DNA of 64,000 nucleotides from Eledone cirrhosa (Eukaryota): NCBI GenBank assembly GCA_964016885.1, contig OZ024740.1, positions 21,700,001 to 21,764,000 of the forward strand, read 5' to 3'. Shown piece by piece: positions 1 to 8,397 of this stretch (position 1 is its first letter; each line of letters starts with the position of its first letter). The notes under the pieces were generated by a model. It saw only the letters and a program-made list of their open reading frames with translations, ran no database searches and was not told where the DNA came from. The position numbers and the translations under genes were made by a program.

Positions 1-227
1 TCTCCTAGCCATTATTGCAACTGCGGATCAATAATTACATATTATTTCTTAATATCTTAAGAACATGTTAACATATCTAGACACATTACAACAGTATATA
101 CAGTGTAATTAAGATATGAATTTGTGTTTTTAAGTTCGATCCCACTGAGAACATCTTGGTCATTTGTTTTCTAACATACATTCAGGTAATACATATATAT
201 ATAGACATGTATTACTATATATATATG

Positions 228-1007
228 TAGCAAGAGTTGCCTCCCTTGTTATGACGATCACATCACCAGTAGCGCTCTCTAGACAGGAAGTAGCTGGAGT
301 TACTTCCCGTTGAGGTGGCAGAACCTTCTTTGTCACTTCCGTCCAGGGACCCTATAAAGGAGAGAGCTGAAAGCTATCTCCCTCTCTTTTAACCTGCCTG
401 GCCATTCGGCTAGGCTCGTTCCACCGAGAGTATACTCTCTGGCAACCTGCACATGGTAATGTAAAGACCTCTTGGTCTAATACGCGATGACTTCAAAACG
501 GTAACAAATAACTTTAATTCATCCTTTCATCTCTCTTGGCATGTCAACTATTCTGCTCTACATAGCTCAACCTTGTTAAATAAACTTTGTACATACAACT
601 CAGTGTCGCTGTTATATTCATACAACCCAGTGTTCTGTTATAATTGGGTTTATTTTATCATTCAATATTCAAATTGAATATTGTTATAATAAAATAAACC
701 CAATTATAACAGGATACTGGGTTGTATGAATATAACAGCGACACTGAGTTGTATGTACAAAGTTTATTTAACAAGGTTGAGCTATGTAGAGCAGAATAGT
801 TGACATGCCAAGAGAGATGAAAGGATGAATTAAAGTTATTTGTTACCGTTTTGAAGTCATCGCGTATTAGACCAAGTCCTTTATAGGGTCTCTGGACGGA
901 AGTGACAAAGAAGGTTCTGCCACCTCAAGGGAAAGTAACTCCAGCTACTTCCTGTCTAGAGAGAGCTACTGGTGATGTGATCGTCATAACAAGGCAGGCA
1001 ACTCTTG

Positions 1008-1010
<3 letters not shown>
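228..1010. repeat. Fold-back (inverted duplication) centred near 675
   Basis: About 228-355 is the reverse complement of about 877-1010, and about 471-660 of about 690-875, with a few substitutions; bounded by (TA)n. Confidence 0.85.
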
Positions 1011-1076
<66 letters not shown>

Positions 1077-1125
1077 AGTATGTATGTATACGTACATACA
1101 TATATGTATACAGACGTACAGTAGC

Positions 1126-1192
<67 letters not shown>

Positions 1193-1342
1193 CAGGCACA
1201 CATATATATATGTACGTATCAGTTTAGCGAATATTTATTATAACATTCGCTTTGTTCGTTTGTAAATAAACGGACAACCTGATTTATGCCGTACGGTATT
1301 AAGGCAACCACGTCACCTTTTTGTTCAACACTGACACAGGAA

Positions 1343-1383
1343 CGATGTACTAGTTTCAAGCTTGTTAGCTATCGTCAGCACCG
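1343..1383 (-). ncRNA. Minimal type I hammerhead ribozyme (inverted copy)
   Basis: Reverse complement of the motif at 1856-1896. Confidence 0.75.
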
Positions 1384-1618
1384 TATACCCTTCTGCCAGA
1401 TGGTTGAACGTTCGAAAGTATATACTTTCCTTATGAAAATTAACGGCTGAGCAGCCTAATTTGCATATCGAGTGAGTTCAGTCGGCCAGGCGCACCGAAA
1501 ACGATAAGTTGGAATAGAATGAAACGAAATTTCATTTCTCACTCTTAGTACGGCACTTACTTAAATGTAAGTATGTATGTATACGTACATACATATATGT
1601 ATACAGACGTACAGTAGC

Positions 1619-1663
<45 letters not shown>

Positions 1664-1855
1664 CAGGCACACATATATATATGTACGTATCAGTTTAGCG
1701 AATATTTATTATAATTTCATTCTATTCCAACTTATCGTTTTCGGTGCGCCTAGCCGACTGAACTCACTCGATATGCAAATTAGGCTGCTCAGCCGTTAAT
1801 TTTCATAAGGAAAGTATATACTTTCGAACGTTCAACCATCTGGCAGAAGGGTATA

Positions 1856-1896
1856 CGGTGCTGACGATAGCTAACAAGCTTGAAACTAGTACATCG
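1856..1896 (+). ncRNA. Minimal type I hammerhead ribozyme
   Basis: CGGTG-CTGACGA-TAGC(TAACAA)GCTT-GAAA-CTAG-TA-CATCG: CUGANGA and GAAA cores, stems I and II, palindromic stem III and a GUA cleavage triplet. Confidence 0.75.
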
Positions 1897-2050
1897 TTCC
1901 TGTGTCAGTGTTGAACAAAAAGGTGACGTGGTTGCCTTAACACCGTACGGCATAAATCAAGCTGTCCGTTTGTTTACAAACGAACAAAGCGAATGTTATA
2001 ATAAATATTCGCTAAACTGATACGTACATATATATATGTGTGCCTGTATG

Positions 2051-2123
<73 letters not shown>

Positions 2124-2413
2124 GCTACTGTACGTCTGTATACATATATGTATGTACGTATACATACATACTTACATTTAAGTAAGTGCCGTACTAAGAG
2201 TGAGAAATGAAATTTCGTTTCATTCTATTCCAACATATATATATATGTATACATATATATATATGGTATTAGTATTGGTGCTTTGAAATAGCGATGTATA
2301 CATGACTGTATGTATAGTATATTTGGCAATATACCGTATGTTTAATTTAAAATATTTAGAAGACCATTCACTATCAGTTTTAAAGTAGTGACTATGTCAC
2401 TTATTATTAAATA

Positions 2414-2532
2414 TATATATAAGGCTGGGAGAATGGCTGACAGCTGTTTCTCGCTGCTCGGTGAGTGCGTGGCTTTGATTAACGCCAAGCAGCGAGAAAC
2501 AATTGTCAGCCATTCTCCCAGCCTTATATATA
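2414..2532. mobile_element. Short palindromic MITE-like element
   Basis: TATAAGGCTGGGAGAATGGCTGACA ... TGTCAGCCATTCTCCCAGCCTTATA arms inside a TA run. Confidence 0.6.
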
Positions 2533-2533
2533 T

Positions 2534-2700
2534 ATTTAATATAGAAATGGTTTCTACAGCCCAAGGCATCCCGATGATTTCTCCTGAATGAAACGCTTCT
2601 AGTCCTGAAGAAGCCATTTCTATATTAAATATTTATACTCTGCTATGTATTCAGTACTTTACTTACTCTGTTTACCCCCGATTAAACCCGGGATGAAGTT
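2534..2700. repeat. Dispersed hairpin repeat family with degenerate hammerhead-like cores
   Basis: AATATAGAAATGG...CCATTTCTATATT arms; related copies at about 36470-36585 and 61650-61915. Confidence 0.6.
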
Positions 2701-3039
2701 ATATATATATATTATTTGTGTGTGTGTATGTGTGTGTGTGTGGGCGTATCCGTGTGTGTGTGTGTGCGTGCGTGTGTGTGTGTCTGCCTGTTAAATGTGT
2801 AACTACAGGAGGTGCGCCGTTCGAAGCACTCAATGCTGTTACGAGGTACGTCTCATGTTATATCACAAGTACAAGAAGGATGACATCTACCGCTGCGGTG
2901 ACCTCAAACAGGAAGGATCTGTATTGGTACTCCTTGTTTGGTGCATAAACTTGCACCACCCACAGAGACATATTTTCAGGGGTCAAATTGTCGCTCGCGG
3001 TATGGACCCAGTCGATAACAGTCTGACAGCCGAGGGGTT

Positions 3040-3270
3040 GTGAGTATCCCCACCCCCACATGTGATGTCATTTCTGGTGCCTCACCTAAATAGTAGAGTT
3101 TCCATCCTCCATCCAAATCTACAGTACAAGAGCCACAATATTTTGATGAGGAATCCCCGACTATATCTAGCTGGTAGCATCTAACCTCCTCCACTAGCTC
3201 CTGCTCTTTAACTCTAAGGATTCTGATGTTTCAGCTTCCAATTGTGAAGGTTTCCCCTCTTTCGGTCTCA
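3040..3270 (-). mobile_element. LINE apurinic-endonuclease N-terminal fragment (RTE-like)
   Basis: Translation ...IGS*NIRIL...ELVEEVRCYQLDIVG...WKLYYLG...GVGIL matches the APE N-terminal pattern; contains a stop. Confidence 0.65.
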
Positions 3271-3478
3271 TCATAGCTACATTATTGGGTTGTGAGAGTT
3301 TTCTTGGGAGCTAACTGTGTCACCCTTTACTCCATCTCCCCAAGTAATTTACCTGTGTTGTGTAGGGGTTGTTTATTCGTCTGGCAGATGCCAGCTTATA
3401 TCGCAACTAACCATCATTTCTGGTGGCTGCATCGCTATCCGCCACCTCCGACACATTCTATTACAGAACAACTCTACC

Positions 3479-3553
<75 letters not shown>

Positions 3554-3600
3554 TATATATATATACATATGTGTGTGTGTGTTGGTGTGACTGTATGTTT

Positions 3601-3694
<94 letters not shown>

Positions 3695-3834
3695 TGAAAT
3701 TGTTCAATAAACAATTACAGAATACGTAAATTGCAATAACAAAAATAATCAGTTGCAATAATTTTTATTCAATTCATATTTCATATCATATATCATTTCG
3801 TGGTATTTTCCTTGTTCAGACAAATACGCGCCTT

Positions 3835-3851
3835 TTACCCATGAAACCAAT
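3835..3851 (-). CDS. Secreted peptide precursor A, predicted terminal exon
   Basis: Acceptor GGTCTTTTTCAG| at 3852. Phase 1 gives DWFHG*; phase 0 gives IGFMGKRRVFV* ending at 3816. AATAAA on the minus strand at 3764-3769. Confidence 0.55.
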
Positions 3852-3921
3852 CTGAAAAAGACCAAAATTCCGATAAATAATAGCATGTATATTAATGAAT
3901 TAATAATAGTTTAATATTTAA

Positions 3922-4303
3922 TGAGGTGGCGAATTAGCAGAGTGGTTAGAACGTCAGATAGAAAGCTGTGTGGGGTTCGTTTCGAGTCGAGATCAACTTT
4001 GTCTTTCATACATTTGAGGTCGATAAAAGAAGCACAAGCCTGGGTAAGGTGTGTTTGTGGAAGACCACCAGTCACCCATACATGCTAGTCTCCTTTCCCC
4101 ACGGGACCGATGATGTCCAAGGGAAAGACAATGGCTGATTCAACTTGTCACCTATAATGTCGCAACTACAGCTGAGTGAACTAGAGCAACGTGAAATAAA
4201 ATGTCTTGCTCAAGAACGTAACTCCCCTCTCTGTCCGGGATTCGAACTTACAACTTTCCGATTGTGAGCGCAACGGTCTAACCCCTAAGCCACGTGCCTT
4301 CAC
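3922..4303. mobile_element. Two tRNA-derived SINE fragments in opposite orientation within the intron of gene A
   Basis: A-box-like head GGCGAATTAGCAGAGTGG plus ctttcat...gaggtcgataaaa core on +; reverse copy of the GAGCAAGACA-type SINE ending near 4303. Confidence 0.6.
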
Positions 4304-4366
4304 AATATATATTATGGAAGCATTTTAATATTTAGATTGTAATATTCTGTGACAAAACACATTATA

Positions 4367-4660
4367 TCAATTTAATCGAGTTATAAATACATAGATATTA
4401 TTTATGTAATATCAACTGAATATATAGAGTTATATATACATAGATAGTATGTGATATCAACTGAATATATAGAGTTATATATACATAGATATTACGTGAT
4501 ATCAACTGAATATATAGAGTTATATATACATAGATATTACATTTGTGATATCAACTGAAATATATAGAGTTATCAATATATAGATATTATATCTGCGATA
4601 TCAAATAAAATATATAGTGTTATCAATACATAGATATTATGTGATATCAACTGAAATGTA
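4367..4660. repeat. About 40-45 bp AT-rich minisatellite
   Basis: Unit GATATCAACTGAATATATAGAGTTATATATACATAGATATT, about 6 degenerate copies. Confidence 0.85.
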
Positions 4661-4702
4661 TACAAATTATAAATGTTACAGAAATTGTTATGTAAAAATA
4701 AC

Positions 4703-4892
4703 CATTTTTAAGTTCGAATGGGTTAGTATTGTCATTGACATCAGCAGATACTTTTCGAGAGTTTCGCAACTGAAATGCTCTTTTTTGCAAATCATATCCT
4801 AGGTTGCGTTCTTTATGTGTATCATCAGCACAACTGACTGCAATAAGTCCAGCAACAACTAGAAGACAGAGGACAAGGCCAACTTTAAACAT
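4703..4892 (-). CDS. Secreted peptide precursor A, exon 1 (signal peptide resembling octopus salivary tachykinin precursors)
   Basis: MFKVGLVLCLLVVAGLIAVSCA|DDTHKERNLGYDLQKR|AFQLRNSRKVSADVNDNTNPFELKN: hydrophobic signal, acidic pro-region, KR site and upstream TATA+Inr. The predicted phase-1 donor (ATG|GTTATT) is weak. Confidence 0.75.
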
Positions 4893-4920
4893 GTTGAGAA
4901 TAGGAATCAGAGTGAAATCT

Positions 4921-4954
4921 GCAATGAGAAATTGTAGATTTCCCGGGTTTTATA
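4921..4954 (-). promoter_or_regulatory. TATA box and initiator of peptide gene A
   Basis: TATAAAA at 4954-4948 and a TCATT Inr with its A at 4925, about 30 nt downstream; ATG 33 nt further on. Confidence 0.7.
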
Positions 4955-5787
4955 TCAATTATTTCTGAAATTCTGTGAGAAAAAAGGGATTAAATGGAAT
5001 ATGTTTGCACAGGTTAACTAATTCTGTTAACTTTCCATAATCTCAGTTAACAATTTCTAATATACGTACACACGACCACTTTACAACCCAACACGTGTAA
5101 TGCACATGTATATACTTTAATCTCTACAAATATTATAAGAAATCTCATACCCATTATTGATTCTCCGAATATATATTTACTTATTATCAATTAATCTCTG
5201 TTAATATCGCTGATAAGCCTGGTTAATGAAACTAGCACCAGGAAAATATTAGGTTAACCAGAAGGTTCTCGTCGTTTTTCAATTTTTTTTATTGATTTCG
5301 GCGTTTATTAACATTAGGAAAATTTTACAAATGAAAATAATCGCCATCATTTGCAATTATAGTCTGCCATCGTTTAAGAAGGTATATGATTCCTTCCCTC
5401 TAGAATTCTCTTGGTTTGGAAATCATTAAATAGGAATTGTGATGATAATGAGACAATTATAACAATGGAATATATTTATCGTAATCTTATTGAGAGATTT
5501 TCTTATGATATAACAGATGGTAAGGATATCAATATAATCCTACATACATTTCTAGCGACGAATGTTAGGACAGGGTCTTTTATAATCTAAGGAATATAAT
5601 GTGCATCTATTGTGTGCAGCTGTAATACACATCATTTGAGATGTGAAAATGTGCAAGGAATATTTACAATATACGTTGGCTTTAAATGACTTACTGAGTA
5701 CTTAAAGGTATCACAAAGGATTAATAAACCTACAGCCACACACGTGCAGGACACGAGTCTTATGATAAAAACAACACTAGTGAATGG

Positions 5788-5823
5788 TATAAAATAGAGT
5801 CTAAATAGACAACACAAACACCA
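5788..5823 (+). promoter_or_regulatory. TATA box and probable start site of peptide gene B
   Basis: TATAAAA at 5788-5794, 58 nt upstream of the ATG at 5846; CACGTG at 5741-5746. Confidence 0.65.
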
Positions 5824-5845
5824 TTTTATCACTGATATTTTCAAG

Positions 5846-6085
5846 ATGGTTAAAACTGTTTGTTTAGTTGTGCTCCTAGTTGGACTACTGCAGACTTGTT
5901 TTGCAAACCACTTAACCGAAGGCACCGGTAGTGAGGATTTCTCTACATGGAAACGCAGTTATGAAAGGGGTGTCCTTACAACACGTGACTCTTCAATAGA
6001 TGTCCTCTGCTATATAATTCCAGGCCCTCTGCTTATAAAATTATGTCAGGATGCACTAGAAAAGGCTAAGAAGGTTCATGGTTGA
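5846..6085 (+). CDS. Secreted peptide precursor B (two-Cys, amphipathic, predicted C-terminal amide)
   Basis: MVKTVCLVVLLVGLLQTCFA|NHLTEGTGSEDFSTWKR|SYERGVLTTRDSSIDVLCYIIPGPLLIKLCQDALEKAKKVHG*; good start context (CAAGATGG); strong donor CAAG|GTAAGG at 6138/6139 downstream of the stop. Confidence 0.75.
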   Translation: MVKTVCLVVLLVGLLQTCFANHLTEGTGSEDFSTWKRSYERGVLTTRDSSIDVLCYIIPGPLLIKLCQDALEKAKKVHG

Positions 6086-6639
6086 TATCCTGACGATATA
6101 CTTTTGTCCCCTGAAAATTGCACACAAACAAGTTCAAGGTAAGGCATACAATGAAATGAAGTCTTCCATGTTGAAATAATTAGAATAATAGTTAATAACT
6201 TAAGTTCAAGTAAAGTAGCTATGGAAAGAGTAAAAGGTGGACAGAGACGTCTTTGGAGGAAGTTGACCATGTGTAACTTGGTTTATATAACTACAGGCTT
6301 AAATCTTTTTAAAAGAGTTAATTTGAGACCAATGTTACCTTTCGTGTAATGGTTAAACACGCTCTCAGGAGAATCTGTCTACTTTTTACAATCTCAAGGG
6401 TACTTTACTTGATCTATTAAACTATTGTTTATATTTATCAATTATAATTATAATTATCTGCTCTGTGGCGATTATATTTCATAATTTCAAATTTCCTTAT
6501 TTGTGGTATTTTCTATATCCCCAGAATTTTTTGTATAATTTCTTCAAATTTGTTTATAGATATATTGTCGGCTGTGAAGATTTATACCTCAATTAGAAGG
6601 CATTTCTCTTCTTTGGTGTTTTTGACTATCTCGTCAAAA

Positions 6640-6905
6640 AACTTTGACTACAATATCTGGTCAATTAGCTTTGACTATAATATTTGGTCAATTAGCTTTG
6701 ACTATAATATCTGGTCATTTGTCTTTGACTATTATATGTGGTCATTTGTCTTTGACTATAATATCTGGTCAATTAGCTTTGACTATAATATTTGGTCAAT
6801 TAGCTTTGACTATAATATCTGGTCATTTGTTTTTGACTATAATATCTGGTAATTTGTCTTTGACTATAATATCTGGTCATATGTCTTTGACAATAATATC
6901 TGGTC
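6640..6905. repeat. 27-bp tandem repeat
   Basis: TTTGACTATAATATCTGGTCAATTAGC and variants, about 10 copies. Confidence 0.9.
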
Positions 6906-7049
6906 GATTAGCTTCGATCTCCCTGTCACTTTATATTCTGAGTATCTATTTTCAATTTAGATTTTAGCTGTTTCACAAGAAAATATCTTTAATAAACAAA
7001 TTTTGGAAAGTTTGTTTATTACATCAGAGAAACTATCTTAAAGAAATAG

Positions 7050-7357
7050 AATAGTTACCTGTTCTAGAAGAAATACAATAGTTACCTGTTGTTGAAGTAA
7101 TACAATAGTTACCTGTTGTTGAAGTAATACAATAGTTACCTGTTCTAGAAGTAATACAATAGTTACCTGTTGTTGAAGTAATACAATAGTTACTATTGTA
7201 TTACTTCTAGAACAGGTAACTATTGTATTACTTCTAGAACAGGTAACTATTGTATTACTTCAACAACAGGTAACTATTGTATTACTTCTAGAACAGGTAA
7301 CTATTGTATTACTTCAACAACAGGTAACTATTGTATTACTTCTAGAACAGGTAACTA
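7050..7357. repeat. 27-bp tandem repeat that flips orientation near 7191
   Basis: AATAGTTACCTGTTCTAGAAGTAATAC about 5 times, then its reverse complement about 6 times. Confidence 0.9.
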
Positions 7358-8397
7358 TACATGCTACTGGTAACATGTATCCCAGTACAACCTGTCTCAT
7401 GGTCGGGTCGTTGGCGACTAAACTGGCAACCCCACCAAGGTTTCTTAGTGAGGAGGGTGACTTTGGACATCCTGCAGGACTAAAAACAAAACCTGTCAAA
7501 GGGCAAAGGAGCTCTTAAGAGTCAATGGCCATCCAAAATCACCGGGAGAGATGACCCCTTAGCCTTTGTCAAGGCAGAATTCTAGGAGAAGGAAAACTCT
7601 GATATAACACCTGCAACCCTGATGGTATCCAATGATGTTGACTTGTTCTTCTTTTTGATAAATATCATCTTGGTTAAGAGAGTGGGACTGGCTTTGTGCA
7701 GTGCCTTTGCTCACTATAAAAGCTTCACAGCACAGGCATTGCTTTATATCTGGAGATCCCTCTGCACTTGTCGTCACATGGTACCATGGGCCTAGCACTA
7801 TGTGTCAATAATTGTCACAGGTGTAGTGTTTGTACCAGAATTTTCAAGTCGCTGGCTGGACTAAAAAGTCACACTCGTTCAGTGCATCGGTAGAGGTTCT
7901 CCTACATGGATATAAAGTAGTGGCCATACTCGAAAACGAGTTGGCAGCCACCATGTATGTATGTATGTATGTATGTATGTATGTATGTATGTATGTATGT
8001 ATGTATGTATGTATGTTTTTTGGTTCTGTAATTTTATAAATGTTTACCAATAGAGAGAGAGAGTCGGTTTCTAGCATAGATACAAGACTCTCTCATTGGA
8101 ATTTACACATCAACTAGGTAGATATGTATGCATGTCTGCATGCATGCATGTGTGTGCAGGTATAGATGTTATTGTATGTGTGGATGTGGATGTTTTGAGT
8201 TATATGTGTGCATGTGTATACACTTTGTATCTGTACATATGTACATGCAGTTATTAGAGGCAGAAATTTTGGAATGTCTTACATATTTTTACTGGATTGT
8301 ACTGGTAATTTCATAACTATATATGTATGTAAAGTATGTATATAAGTATGTATAAATTATATATATATATATATAAATATATACATATATATATATA

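Larger units (their letters stand above)
1069..2235. repeat. Complex inverted/direct duplication carrying hammerhead motifs (Penelope/retrozyme-like)
   Basis: About 1070-1560 is mirrored at about 1715-2235, and about 1070-1240 is also repeated directly at about 1566-1714; copies differ at a few positions. Confidence 0.8.

Noticed and set aside
4647-4702. Hydrophobic C-terminus (GYFYITISVTFIICIHFS) of the unspliced 81-aa ORF as a membrane anchor
   Set aside because: T-rich, intron-like sequence running into a minisatellite; a downstream acceptor with AATAAA explains the gene better, although an unspliced form cannot be excluded.
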